Source: Candidatus Doudnabacteria bacterium (lineage in GTDB: Bacteria > Patescibacteriota > Doudnabacteria > UBA920 > O2-02-FULL-48-8). From it: a DNA stretch of 64,000 nt. The notes under the pieces are model-generated. The model was not told the origin of the DNA, made no database searches, and saw nothing but the letters and a program-made list of their open reading frames with translations. Both the position numbers and the translations under genes were made by a program. Within the stretch, counting starts at the first letter, position 1; the number at the start of each line of letters is the position of its first letter. This document shows, piece by piece, positions 36,980-46,740 of the stretch. The stretch lies in contig JACPKU010000006.1 of the NCBI GenBank assembly GCA_016186915.1, forward strand, positions 350,086-414,085, given 5' to 3'.

Positions 36980-39118
36980 ATGACCCGACAATTTTATACT
37001 TGCCCGATGCATCCTGAAATAAAAAAGGAACATCCTGGCCTATGTCCTGAATGTGGTATGAATCTTATTCCAGTAGAAACAGAGCCGTCTCACCAAGAGC
37101 ATGGTAATCAGGACAAACATCAAGGACATAGTACCAACATATTCAAAATGAAATTTTGGGTAAGTTTTATTTTAAGTATCCCGACAGTAATGTACTCTAG
37201 TATTACACAAACTTTGCTTGATTGGCAGGCTCCAGTTTTTCCAGGTTCTGAATTTATCCCCTTTGTGCTAGGCTCAATCGTTTTCTTTTATGGCGGCTGG
37301 ATATTCATAGCCAGTGCTTTCAGAGAACTGCGAGCTCGCCTCCCCGGCATGATGACTCTGATCAGCTTGGCTATAAGTACAGCGTACTTTTATAGTGTTT
37401 TTGTGGTTTTGTCAGGAAAAGGCCAGGATCTGTTTTGGGAATTAACGACCCTGATAGTTGTCATGTTGCTGGGGCATTGGATTGAGATGCGTGCGGTAAG
37501 TGGCGCCCAAAGCGCTCTAAAAGAACTATCCAAACTTTTGCCCGATAAAGCGGAAGTGATCAGAGGAAACAAGACTGAGGTTGTTTCAATTGAGGAAATA
37601 AAAGAAGGTGATTTGGTTCTAATCAAACCGGGAGGCAAAATTCCAACAGACGGTGTCGTAGCAGAAGGCAATTCTGACGTTAATGAATCCTTGGCAACCG
37701 GCGAATCCAAGCCAGTTATCAAAAAGATTGCCAGTGAAGTCATTGCCGGCACGATCAACGGCGACGGATCGTTAAAAGTTAAAGTTACCAAAATCGGCGA
37801 GAAAACTTTTCTGGCGGGCGTGATGAGATTGGTGGCTGAAGCGCAGTCTTCTAAATCGCGTTTGCAGCTGCTTTCTGACCGAGCTGCGTTCTACCTTACA
37901 ACAATCGCGGTTGTAACCGGCGGCGTTACCTTTGCCTCTTGGCTGGCTGCATCCAGTCCGGATTATGCCATAGAGCGCATGGTAGCAGTCCTGGTGATTG
38001 CTTGTCCTCATGCTTTGGGTCTGGCGATTCCCCTAGTTGCTTCCATTTCTACGACCAAGGCAGCCAAGAACGGCCTGTTAATCAAACAAAGAATGGCTTT
38101 GGAGGCTGCCCGAAAAATAGATATAGTTTTGTTTGATAAAACCGGCACACTTACTAAAGGCGAATTCGGTGTGGATACTATTGTCCCCTCTCCGGGCATT
38201 AATGAAGAAACAGTATTGAACCTGGCGGCTTCTGTAAACAGTCATTCCGAGCACCCGATTGGCAAAGCTATTGTAAGATCGGCCAAAAATAAAAAAATCA
38301 CTCTGAAGAGTGTAGAAAAATTTGAAAGAATCGCAGGCCTGGGCGCCCAAGGCGAAGTTGATGGGCAAAAAGTATATGTCGGCAGCCCTTCTTTGCTCGA
38401 GGAGTTAAAGGTAGAAATTGAATCTTCACTTAAACCTAAGCTTGAGGAATTATCTGGGCAGGGAAAAACAGTCATTCACGTGGTTGTAGGAACCAAGCTG
38501 GCTGGTAGCATTGCTCTAAGTGATATTATCCGTGAAGAATCAAGAGAGGCCATAACCCGGTTAAAACAGGCCGGGATAAAATCAGCCATGATTACAGGCG
38601 ATTCAGATGACGTGGCCAAATGGGTAGCTGAAGAATTGGGTATTGATATTTATTTTGCGCGAGTACTGCCGGAAGACAAAGCTAAGATTGTCAAGCAACT
38701 GCAAGAGGGGGAGTTTAGAAATTCGAAATTAGAAATTAGAAATTCCAGCCGAAGGCTGGCTGTAGCCATGGTCGGTGATGGTATTAATGATGCGCCAGCG
38801 CTTACCCAGGCTGATTTGGGGATTGCCATAGGCGCTGGCACCAATGTCGCCATCGAGTCGGCAGGGATCATTTTGGTGAAAAGCGATCCTAGAGACATTG
38901 CAAAAATTATGAGACTGTCAAAAATGACTTATAATAAAATGATCCAAAATCTCTTTTGGGCAGCCGGATACAATGTGGTGGCCATTCCTTTAGCTGCCGG
39001 GGTTTTGGCCTGGAAAGGAATTATCCTCCAGCCGGCAGTGGCGGCTGTGTTTATGTCACTGTCTACTATTATTGTGGCGTTTAATGCTGTCTTGTTAAAA
39101 CGTCGTTCTTTGTCTTAG
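36980..39118 (+). CDS. copB: Heavy-metal translocating P1B-type ATPase, CopB-like (CPH motif, His-rich N-terminus, N-terminal YTCPMHP...CPECGM metal-binding domain)
   Basis: TGES, CPH, DKTGTLT, GDGINDAPAL motifs; 8 TM helices. Confidence 0.9.
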   Translation: MTRQFYTCPMHPEIKKEHPGLCPECGMNLIPVETEPSHQEHGNQDKHQGHSTNIFKMKFWVSFILSIPTVMYSSITQTLLDWQAPVFPGSEFIPFVLGSIVFFYGGWIFIASAFRELRARLPGMMTLISLAISTAYFYSVFVVLSGKGQDLFWELTTLIVVMLLGHWIEMRAVSGAQSALKELSKLLPDKAEVIRGNKTEVVSIEEIKEGDLVLIKPGGKIPTDGVVAEGNSDVNESLATGESKPVIKKIASEVIAGTINGDGSLKVKVTKIGEKTFLAGVMRLVAEAQSSKSRLQLLSDRAAFYLTTIAVVTGGVTFASWLAASSPDYAIERMVAVLVIACPHALGLAIPLVASISTTKAAKNGLLIKQRMALEAARKIDIVLFDKTGTLTKGEFGVDTIVPSPGINEETVLNLAASVNSHSEHPIGKAIVRSAKNKKITLKSVEKFERIAGLGAQGEVDGQKVYVGSPSLLEELKVEIESSLKPKLEELSGQGKTVIHVVVGTKLAGSIALSDIIREESREAITRLKQAGIKSAMITGDSDDVAKWVAEELGIDIYFARVLPEDKAKIVKQLQEGEFRNSKLEIRNSSRRLAVAMVGDGINDAPALTQADLGIAIGAGTNVAIESAGIILVKSDPRDIAKIMRLSKMTYNKMIQNLFWAAGYNVVAIPLAAGVLAWKGIILQPAVAAVFMSLSTIIVAFNAVLLKRRSLS
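38715..38742 (+). repeat. Four tandem heptamers (TAGAAAT/TCGAAAT) plus palindrome ccagccgaaggctgg forming an in-frame ~45-nt insertion in the copB P-domain hinge
   Basis: Direct reading; encodes FRNSKLEIRNSSRRLA between QEGE and VAMVGDGINDA. Confidence 0.7.
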
Positions 39119-39129
39119 TATGTCTTAGT

Positions 39130-39630
39130 ATGAAAAAATATATAAACACTTTCGTCTGGTTGCTGTTATTAGGAGCCTTGCTGGTTAGTATTATTTATAT
39201 GGCGAGGAATACGAAAACTGATAATGATTCGGCTGTTATGGATGGAAACGAATTCCTTGATGTGTCTGAAGTTTCTTATGATTTTGGAACAGTGTCTATG
39301 AGTGATGGAGATGTGGTGCATGAGTTCACAATAACAAACAGCCAGGTGGAAGCCATAGAGATAGCAAAAATTTATACTTCTTGCATGTGTACTGATGCCT
39401 TTTTTGTTCAAGAAGGTTTGCGTAAAGGGCCATATAGTATGCCGGGGCATGGGGCTATTCCAAAGGTTGAAGAAATACTGGAACCAGGAGAGAAAGCCAT
39501 AATAGAAGTCGTATTTGACCCAACAGCTCATGGGCCCGCGGGGATTGGATTGATTGATAGAAGCGTTTTTGTAGAAACTGAAAAAGGTGCGTCTGTGGAA
39601 CTAAGAATTAACGGGAATGTAACTCCTTAA
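39130..39630 (+). CDS. DUF1573-like secreted/membrane-anchored protein (SCxCT motif)
   Basis: YTSCMCTDAF motif and beta-rich C-terminus. Confidence 0.5.
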   Translation: MKKYINTFVWLLLLGALLVSIIYMARNTKTDNDSAVMDGNEFLDVSEVSYDFGTVSMSDGDVVHEFTITNSQVEAIEIAKIYTSCMCTDAFFVQEGLRKGPYSMPGHGAIPKVEEILEPGEKAIIEVVFDPTAHGPAGIGLIDRSVFVETEKGASVELRINGNVTP

Positions 39631-39757
39631 ACCTAATGAATCCCGTTAGAAATAGTCAAACCAAATACTAAAACATGATTAAGATCTTATTAAAAAAAAT
39701 ATATTATTTAATAATTAATGCGTTGTTAATAACAAGCGCAAACGATTTCTAAACGGG

Positions 39758-40540
39758 ATGAAGAAAAAGCTTATTATTTTATTGTTTCTCTCTGCATTTA
39801 TTGCAGTGGCTTATTTATTCTTGCGATTCGGAAATTCCAGCACCGGTCTAATTTGGAATTTAAGCAAGGAAGGAACTTGGCTGCTACCATTGGTTGTAGT
39901 CTCGGGATTCCTGGACAGTATTGGTCCTTGTTCTTTTGCGGTTTTGCTCCTGACAATTGCCTTTCTTTTTAGTATTGGCGAACTACGCTCATCAATACTA
40001 AAGATAGGTCTGGCGTATATCGTGGGAATTTTTGTGGCGTATCTTTTGATTGGTCTGGGGTTATTGCAAGCTTTGCATATTTTTAATGTTCCTCATTTTA
40101 TGGCCAAGCTTGGGGCGGGTTTATTAATCATTTTAGGGTTAATAAATCTATTGAATTGGTATTTGCCAAAATTTCCTCTTAAACTTGGCATTCCCAATGT
40201 TGCTCATCACAAAATGGCCGTGCTAATGGAAAAAGCATCAATTCCGACAGCTTTCCTGCTGGGAGGATTGGTCGGACTGTGTGAGTTTCCTTGCACAGGA
40301 GGCCCTTATTTACTGGTTCTAGGATTACTTCACGACCAAGCGACTTACTTAAAAGGTGTCTGGTATCTCCTGCTTTATAATCTAATTTTTGTCTTTCCTC
40401 TAATTATCGTCCTGCTGATTGCCAGTGAAAAAAGCCTGGTTGATAAATTTCAAACTTGGCATGAGAATAAAAAGGCGGACATGCGCCTATATGGTAGTAT
40501 CGCCATGATAGTTTTGGGAATTATTATTTTTCTGTTCTAA
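39758..40540 (+). CDS. CcdA/DsbD-family transmembrane thiol-disulfide transporter, second paralog
   Basis: Conserved membrane Cys pairs: SIGPCSFAVLL and GLCEFPCTGGPYL. Confidence 0.65.
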   Translation: MKKKLIILLFLSAFIAVAYLFLRFGNSSTGLIWNLSKEGTWLLPLVVVSGFLDSIGPCSFAVLLLTIAFLFSIGELRSSILKIGLAYIVGIFVAYLLIGLGLLQALHIFNVPHFMAKLGAGLLIILGLINLLNWYLPKFPLKLGIPNVAHHKMAVLMEKASIPTAFLLGGLVGLCEFPCTGGPYLLVLGLLHDQATYLKGVWYLLLYNLIFVFPLIIVLLIASEKSLVDKFQTWHENKKADMRLYGSIAMIVLGIIIFLF

Positions 40541-40546
40541 AATATT

Positions 40547-40987
40547 ATGCAGATGTTAATTGCCCTAAGTTTAATTGCATTTATCACAATCTCCATATCC
40601 TTGTTAAATAAATTTTGGCAGTATCGAGTTTGTGCTATTTGTGCGGGAGTAAGCTTAACTTGGATTTTGTTTCTCCTCACTGGATTGTTTGGATATCAGA
40701 TCAACTGGTTTATTCCCGCTATATTGATGGGAGGATCTGTGGTCGGAATAACTTACTGGTTGGAAAAACATTTAGCACCAAGGCAACTAAATTTATTTGC
40801 AAAAACCCTGTTAATTTTGATGGGATTTTATGCTGCATATGAAATAATACAACAAAGTTGGTATCCAGCAATTATTGCCGCAGTTATTTTTCTAATAATA
40901 ATTATTTATTACTTACGATTTTCTTCAAAACAACAAAGCACCAAAACTATTCAAGATTTAGAAAAAAAAATGGACGACTGCTGCTAA
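40547..40987 (+). CDS. Hypothetical 4-TM membrane protein with CAIC in TM1 and C-terminal DDCC
   Basis: 146-aa hydrophobic ORF; cysteine placement read from translation. Confidence 0.4.
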   Translation: MQMLIALSLIAFITISISLLNKFWQYRVCAICAGVSLTWILFLLTGLFGYQINWFIPAILMGGSVVGITYWLEKHLAPRQLNLFAKTLLILMGFYAAYEIIQQSWYPAIIAAVIFLIIIIYYLRFSSKQQSTKTIQDLEKKMDDCC

Positions 40988-41027
40988 AATTTGTTATACT
41001 AACAATAATCAAGAAAAAAGGGAATTT

Positions 41028-41264
41028 ATGAAAAAATTACTTTATATAGGCATGCTTGGGATGCTCGGCCTGCCACTTACTGTTTCAGCCCATATAGACA
41101 GCGTGGATTCGCATACAGACGAAGGTATGGGATACTGGCCAGGAATGGGCCATATGTTTGGATCAGGGGCTTTTTCTTGGTTTGGCTATTTGATGGCAAT
41201 TATTTGGCTAGTTATTGGGGTTCTCGTAATCATTTGGTTGTGGCAAAAAATTAATAAAAAATAA
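41028..41264 (+). CDS. Small His/Met-rich membrane-anchored protein (signal peptide, HIDSVDSHTDEGMGYWPGMGHMFG, C-terminal TM)
   Basis: 78-aa ORF; composition suggests metal binding. Confidence 0.35.
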   Translation: MKKLLYIGMLGMLGLPLTVSAHIDSVDSHTDEGMGYWPGMGHMFGSGAFSWFGYLMAIIWLVIGVLVIIWLWQKINKK

Positions 41265-41278
41265 TAAGGAAAAATTAT

Positions 41279-41785
41279 ATGAAACAGGTATTACTAATCT
41301 TAGTTGTAGTTGTTATTATTTTAGGGGTCGGGGTTATCCTCTTTCTCACTGCCAACGAATCGCCCCAAGACTTGCCTCCGTTAGGTGAAGCAATCGAAAT
41401 TCAGGGAGCCAATCATATCGCGGAAGGCGCCGCCCACGAAGAGTATAATTCCAACCCCCCAACCTCTGGTTCGCATTACGCTCAAGCTGCAGCCTGGGGA
41501 TTTTATGACGAACAGCTCCCCGATGAGCAACTAATTCACAGTCTTGAACATGGCGGGATTTGGATTTCATACAAAGATGTTGACGACCAGGTTAAGGAAA
41601 GATTGGAACTGATAGCCAGAAGAAACAGCGGCAGCGTGATTGTTACTCTTAGGCCGGAAAATGATACGAAAATAAGTCTGGCTTCCTGGGGCAGACTGGA
41701 AAACTTGGAGGGGCTGGATGAAGAGAAAATAAACAACTTTATCCGAGCCAATAAAAATAAATCCCCAGAACCAATTGCCCGTTAA
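41279..41785 (+). CDS. DUF3105-like protein (PPTSGSH ... HSLEHG motifs), N-terminal TM anchor
   Basis: Motif pattern recalled for DUF3105. Confidence 0.5.
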   Translation: MKQVLLILVVVVIILGVGVILFLTANESPQDLPPLGEAIEIQGANHIAEGAAHEEYNSNPPTSGSHYAQAAAWGFYDEQLPDEQLIHSLEHGGIWISYKDVDDQVKERLELIARRNSGSVIVTLRPENDTKISLASWGRLENLEGLDEEKINNFIRANKNKSPEPIAR

Positions 41786-42099
41786 GTAGAATAGAAATGC
41801 CAAATATAATAAACGAAGATAACCAAAAATCCTATTACAGTAAACCAAGCCAAACTGGCTAAGCTTTTTCTTATCTTTCCAGTAGAAACATTTTTGGTAG
41901 TTAAATAAATAAAGGCTAAGATAACCAAATATACCACCATCACGAGTATACTTTTCGTGGTCCAGTGGTGTCCGGACAGACCTGCTAAACTCGCCTTAAG
42001 CCCCGATGATCGTTCGCTCCAGATAGTAACAACAGTGGCAAACAGTACTGCAGCAGTAGAAGCCAAAGAAGAAGCATAAACCATTTTCAGCTTGTTCAT
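41782..42099 (-). CDS. Hypothetical membrane protein
   Basis: 105-aa hydrophobic ORF. Confidence 0.3.
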   Translation of the reverse strand: MNKLKMVYASSLASTAAVLFATVVTIWSERSSGLKASLAGLSGHHWTTKSILVMVVYLVILAFIYLTTKNVSTGKIRKSLASLAWFTVIGFLVIFVYYIWHFYST

Positions 42100-42102
42100 A
42101 AT

Positions 42103-42573
42103 TTAGGCCCACCTAGCTGACGCGGAGATGATAAATCCCATCGCACCGATTAATAAGCTAATACTGGCTGTTAAAATCGTCAGCACCATAAATAATTTAC
42201 GAAGGTTATAATTTTTCAGATCGTCCACAGAAAGCAGGCTTAAAAATACTAAAGTTAGAGCAAGGGGCACAACGAATAAAAACACATGCTCTTTGGTCTC
42301 CATAAATATTGAATGCGCCCAAGGAGCTGAACTTGCTTTGATAATCGGCTTAACCAATACGCCATAAAATTTGACGTAGTAAAAGCCGCCGATCAACCAG
42401 CTCAAAACAAAACTTACTAGAGATCCGATCGCCGCAATTTTTATTCTTTTGTTGGTCCTGACATTGGCCACCAATTCGCCCAAAAGCCAGATCGTAAAAT
42501 CAATGCCTAAAATCGCAAACCCCAGATGTAGCCCTACTAATACAGGTTTATTAGCAAGAATTGTTGATAACAT
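42103..42573 (-). CDS. Hypothetical membrane protein
   Basis: 156-aa, 4-5 TM segments. Confidence 0.35.
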   Translation of the reverse strand: MLSTILANKPVLVGLHLGFAILGIDFTIWLLGELVANVRTNKRIKIAAIGSLVSFVLSWLIGGFYYVKFYGVLVKPIIKASSAPWAHSIFMETKEHVFLFVVPLALTLVFLSLLSVDDLKNYNLRKLFMVLTILTASISLLIGAMGFIISASARWA

Positions 42574-42616
42574 ATTTGTATTTATTATATCTGAGAAGAA
42601 TGATATAATCTAGCTG

Positions 42617-43051
42617 GTGATGAACTGGATTAAACATAATATTATATATCTAGCCTGGGCTACGGCTGTGATAGGCCTGCTTAGCAGCCTATATTTTAGC
42701 TTAGTCAAGGATTTTTTCCCTTGCGACTTATGCTGGTATCAAAGAGTGCTGCTTTATCCCCTCGTAATCGTTCTGACGGTTGGTATCCTCACTTGGGATA
42801 AAAAATTACACCTATACGTCCTGCCTTTTACCGTCATCGGCATAATTATTGCGGGTTATCATTATCTGCTGCAGATGAACGTGTTTGCGCAAAACATAAT
42901 CCCCTGCCAAATCGGCATCCCTTGTGAGACAATTTATTTCAAGCTGTTCGGCTTTATCACGATTCCGTTTTTATCATTAATAGCTTTTGTTTTTATCACC
43001 GTTAGTGTCTTGATTTATAAAAAAGCTAGTGGAGAAAACATCAATGAGTAG
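42617..43051 (+). CDS. Disulfide bond formation protein B (BdbC/DsbB-like; CDLC and CQIGIPC pairs)
   Basis: 144 aa, four TM; FPCDLCWYQRVLLYPL resembles BdbC. Confidence 0.7.
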   Translation: MMNWIKHNIIYLAWATAVIGLLSSLYFSLVKDFFPCDLCWYQRVLLYPLVIVLTVGILTWDKKLHLYVLPFTVIGIIIAGYHYLLQMNVFAQNIIPCQIGIPCETIYFKLFGFITIPFLSLIAFVFITVSVLIYKKASGENINE

Positions 43052-43703
43052 GCAGGCAGTAATTATGATTGTTATCGCCATAATCATTATAGGCGGCGGC
43101 ATTTTATTGTTTGTTAACGAAGAGCCAACTGATCGCAGTAACGGAGGCTTTACTGTTGACCCCGGTCATGTCGGTGAATTGGTCCGGGAAGATACATATC
43201 AAACCGGAAACCCGGATGCAAAGGTGACCATTGTAGAATTCGCCGATCTTCAGTGCCCGGCCTGCGCCACGGCCTTCCCCGCAGTCAAAGCAGTTAGACA
43301 GCTTTATTCCGCCGATGAACTTAAAATAGTCTTTCGACATTTCCCGCTTAATATCCACAAAAACGGACAAGTGGCTAGTTTGGCCGCTGAGGCCGCAAGG
43401 GAACAAGGCAAGTTTGAAGAGATGGCAGAACTGTTATTTGCTCGCCAGTCGCAATGGAATACTGTTGGCAATCCGATTAATGTTTTTCTGGATTTCGCCC
43501 GAGAACTTGAATTGGATACCGAGCAATTCCGCCAGGCGGTAGAAACCAAAAAATACGAAGATCTAGTTTTCTTGGGCATGCAGGACGGTTACGCACTGAA
43601 CGTTAACTCCACCCCAACCTTCTTCATCAACGGAGAACCTTACCGACAGGGTTTATCACTAGATGAATTTCAAAAAATTATTAACCAAATGCTTGCTTTA
43701 TAA
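43029..43703 (+). CDS. DsbA/BdbD-like thiol:disulfide oxidoreductase (CPAC), membrane-anchored
   Basis: FADLQCPACATAF motif; probable true start at internal Met 43044. Confidence 0.8.
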   Translation: MEKTSMSRQAVIMIVIAIIIIGGGILLFVNEEPTDRSNGGFTVDPGHVGELVREDTYQTGNPDAKVTIVEFADLQCPACATAFPAVKAVRQLYSADELKIVFRHFPLNIHKNGQVASLAAEAAREQGKFEEMAELLFARQSQWNTVGNPINVFLDFARELELDTEQFRQAVETKKYEDLVFLGMQDGYALNVNSTPTFFINGEPYRQGLSLDEFQKIINQMLAL

Positions 43704-44202
43704 TTATATGAGAAAATTAATTTACTTAGTAATTATAGTCATCATAGCAGTTGTGCTGTTTCTAAGCCGAGGTACTCAAACTCCAGATGATGATAAAGTC
43801 AATACTGGTCCAGAGGCAGTCACTCCAGAAAAACCGCCAACTACTGGTGTAATGAGCCTGGTCAAAAACGATGCCAGTGTTCAAACCACTACCCTCAAGC
43901 CTGTCAACGGAAGCAACTCTTCAGGTACAGCCTACAGGCTAGTCAAAGACGCCGTGCTTTATCACACAGTTGTGGCCAGCATGCCTGATCCAAACCCGGG
44001 CAATAGTTACGAAGGATGGCTAGTCCAAATTTCTCCTCTTAAATTTTTCTCCACTGGAATTTTGGAGAAAAATAGTAATGGTGATTGGACTTTGGAATAC
44101 ACCGCGGATCAAGAAAACCCGACATATTTAAGGGTGGTGATTACTGAAGAAACAGTAATTGATGCAACTCCTGAAGCACACGTTCTAGAAGGGGACTTCT
44201 AA
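43663..44202 (+). CDS. Hypothetical secreted protein with N-terminal TM anchor (possible anti-sigma RskA-like C-domain)
   Basis: 179-aa ORF; weak resemblance only. Confidence 0.35.
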   Translation: MNFKKLLTKCLLYNYMRKLIYLVIIVIIAVVLFLSRGTQTPDDDKVNTGPEAVTPEKPPTTGVMSLVKNDASVQTTTLKPVNGSNSSGTAYRLVKDAVLYHTVVASMPDPNPGNSYEGWLVQISPLKFFSTGILEKNSNGDWTLEYTADQENPTYLRVVITEETVIDATPEAHVLEGDF

Positions 44203-44209
44203 AATACCA

Positions 44210-44965
44210 ATGATGAACCAAGCAAGTATTTACGCAATTATTAGCGTTATCGTAGTTAGCCTTATTTCTCTAATAGGGCTATTTACTTTATCAATCAAAG
44301 AATATTTCACCAAACGCGTGGTGACATTTCTTGTAGCGTTCTCTGCTGGAGCGCTGCTTGGAGACGTGTTTATTCACTTACTTCCAGAATTGGCGGAGAC
44401 CGGCTTTTTGAATCTTGAAATTTCTTTATACATTCTGGGAGCAATTGTCCTGTTCTTCATTCTGGAAAGGTACATCCACTGGCATCACCATCACAACAAC
44501 GAACACGACGAGGACTGCAGCGAGCACATCCATCCAGTTGCTTATACAATCTTGTTGGGCGATGGTTTTCATAACTTGATTGATGGACTAATCATTGGCG
44601 GCGCTTTTCTGTTAGACATTAAGCTGGGTGTTGCTACCGCAGTCGCTGTGATCTTGCACGAAATTCCCCAAGAGATTGGTGACTTCGGGGTGCTACTTTA
44701 TGCTGGTTTCAGTAAAACACGGGCTTTGTTTTACAATTTTCTTTCGGCCCTAGCCGCCGTGTTGGGCACAATAATCGCGCTAGCGATTGGGACCACCGAT
44801 AAAACTCTGGCCATACTGGCTGCTCTGGCCATAGGTTCATTTATCTACATAGCCACGGCGGATTTAATCCCAGAAATCCATAAGGACAAAAAAAGAACCG
44901 TTCCATACCTATTCAGTTTTTTGTCAGGGATCGGGATAATGGCCTTACTGTTGTTGATTGACTGA
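44210..44965 (+). CDS. ZIP family divalent metal transporter (ZupT-like) with His-rich loop
   Basis: HELPQE-type motifs: GDGFHNLIDGLIIG and ILHEIPQEIGDFGVL; HWHHHHNNEHDED loop. Confidence 0.85.
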   Translation: MMNQASIYAIISVIVVSLISLIGLFTLSIKEYFTKRVVTFLVAFSAGALLGDVFIHLLPELAETGFLNLEISLYILGAIVLFFILERYIHWHHHHNNEHDEDCSEHIHPVAYTILLGDGFHNLIDGLIIGGAFLLDIKLGVATAVAVILHEIPQEIGDFGVLLYAGFSKTRALFYNFLSALAAVLGTIIALAIGTTDKTLAILAALAIGSFIYIATADLIPEIHKDKKRTVPYLFSFLSGIGIMALLLLID

Positions 44966-45481
44966 CGTACTTGCCTGCCGACCAAGCAACGCAAAAAAAT
45001 ACAGAATAAGCAGTAAACTATAATTTACAATCATAAATCCTGGATGTGCCCAGGAAATAATTGAAACTTCAAAATCTGAAATCGGAAAAAGAAACGGCGT
45101 GGCAAAAAAATCAAAAGTGTGCGAAAAAATATCAATAAACACATGTATTCCCCAGCCCAGCAAAACCCAAGGGAACTCTTTTAAATATAGCCAGATCAAT
45201 GCTGCCGCCACAATCCAAATGACAATACTGTGCGTATAATTGTAGGAAATCGTGGCGTATTCAGAAAATTTGTAGGTGTGAAAAGCCTCTGTTAGAAAAG
45301 TGGCGGGATGGTTCTCAAAAACCGTATAATATAACCTGACCAAAATTACAGGTGTAAAAGACACAAGGTCTGGCAACATCCCAAACAAAACTCCCCACCA
45401 AATTATCTTGCTATTCTCCCGGGTCTTGGGAATTGACCGATACATTACATTAGTCCAAAGACCATGAGCCAATATATCCAT
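44945..45481 (-). CDS. Membrane-bound metal-dependent hydrolase-like protein (YdjM/DUF457-like)
   Basis: Hydrophobic, HxxxDxxxH (HVFIDIFSH). Confidence 0.45.
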   Translation of the reverse strand: MDILAHGLWTNVMYRSIPKTRENSKIIWWGVLFGMLPDLVSFTPVILVRLYYTVFENHPATFLTEAFHTYKFSEYATISYNYTHSIVIWIVAAALIWLYLKEFPWVLLGWGIHVFIDIFSHTFDFFATPFLFPISDFEVSIISWAHPGFMIVNYSLLLILYFFALLGRQASTSVNQQQ

Positions 45482-45484
45482 AAC

Positions 45485-46528
45485 CTAAGATGCGGCTGCG
45501 GTTATGAACAGATCGACCAAGAGCTTAGGATTAACATCCTGTGTTTTTAGTTTCTCGTCTATATTCAAAAGCTGGGTGAAAAGATTCTTCAGTTGGGACA
45601 GGTCGCTCTTTTGCGCGTGCTTGAGAGTTATGGATACGCGACCGCTGCTCCAGCCAAGCTTTTGTGCAATTTCAGTCTGTGTTAGCTTTTCTTGAGCCAA
45701 AGAGCCTACTAAAATTAAACTTCTTGTCTGTTCTGCCAATAATCCCAAAATCTTAATGATGGCTGATTTTTCATCCCCGACCTGCGCCTCCATCAAGTTC
45801 TCCAGTGTCCTTAACGCTGCCTGTTTATTCTTTTTGGCTATTTCACCAGAGAGAACGAAAACATTTTCTGAAACTTTTGGTTTTACCAGTTTTTCTACGT
45901 CGGAAGTTTTGATATGGCCGGTAAAACTGGCTAGTTTAAAAAGCTCTGAATAAACTTCCCAAAGATTGAATGCCTCTTTGCGCTCCACCACCCGCCCACC
46001 TACTCTTTTTTCCTCAAACAAATCCCTCCCCAGAAAAACCGCCAACTTCTCCACTGCCTCATCATCAATTTTAACATTTAAATCTTGGGCTTGTTTTTTT
46101 ATCTCAGCGTTCAATTTACTGCCAGCGGGGAGATTGAACTCTAAAAGGTTAATGGGAACACTAAGGATTTTTTTGACAATCTTTAATCTTTTGTCCGGCT
46201 TTTTTGTCTGCCAAAAAATCAGAAAATATTCCTGCGGCAGTCTTTCTATGAAAGCTATCAGTTTCAAGCCAAACTGTTCTTGAGCAGCTTTGCTCGGCAA
46301 AATATCCTTGGCTACGATTAGTTTTTTTGAGGAAAATAAAGAGGGCGTAAATACTTCTTCTAATTTTTTAGATAATTCCTGTTCTGACAATTCTTGAACG
46401 TCAATTAGGGTAATGCTGTTGCCGGAGTATTTTTTTGCGAACTCTGCTTTCCAATGGGTAATTTTTTTCTGCAAACTAAAATCATCCTCGCCAAAAAACA
46501 AGAAGACATTGGAGGATGATTGAGACAT
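45485..46528 (-). CDS. holA: DNA polymerase III delta subunit-like
   Basis: 347 aa; N-terminal LFFGEDDF pattern and overall AAA+ lid-like organisation. Confidence 0.55.
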   Translation of the reverse strand: MSQSSSNVFLFFGEDDFSLQKKITHWKAEFAKKYSGNSITLIDVQELSEQELSKKLEEVFTPSLFSSKKLIVAKDILPSKAAQEQFGLKLIAFIERLPQEYFLIFWQTKKPDKRLKIVKKILSVPINLLEFNLPAGSKLNAEIKKQAQDLNVKIDDEAVEKLAVFLGRDLFEEKRVGGRVVERKEAFNLWEVYSELFKLASFTGHIKTSDVEKLVKPKVSENVFVLSGEIAKKNKQAALRTLENLMEAQVGDEKSAIIKILGLLAEQTRSLILVGSLAQEKLTQTEIAQKLGWSSGRVSITLKHAQKSDLSQLKNLFTQLLNIDEKLKTQDVNPKLLVDLFITAAAS

Positions 46529-46740
46529 TAGAATAATGGTATGTTTTTACTGGTTTCTTTTCTGGTCAATTTTTGATTGATAATCTTGTTAAGGTCTGAT
46601 TGTCTTATCTTCCATTGCGCGCCGATTTTGAATGCCGGGATTTTACCCGCCTTGCACCACCGCCAAATAGTCTGGTTGGTCACGCCGAAAAATTTTGCCA
46701 ACTGCTCAACACCCAATATTTTATCGCCTTTTTCCTGCAT
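46528..46740 (-). CDS. Helix-turn-helix DNA-binding protein (MerR/excisionase-like HTH_17)
   Basis: GVEQLAKFFGVTNQTIWRWCKAGKIPAFKIGAQWKI motif. Confidence 0.7.
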   Translation of the reverse strand: MQEKGDKILGVEQLAKFFGVTNQTIWRWCKAGKIPAFKIGAQWKIRQSDLNKIINQKLTRKETSKNIPLF

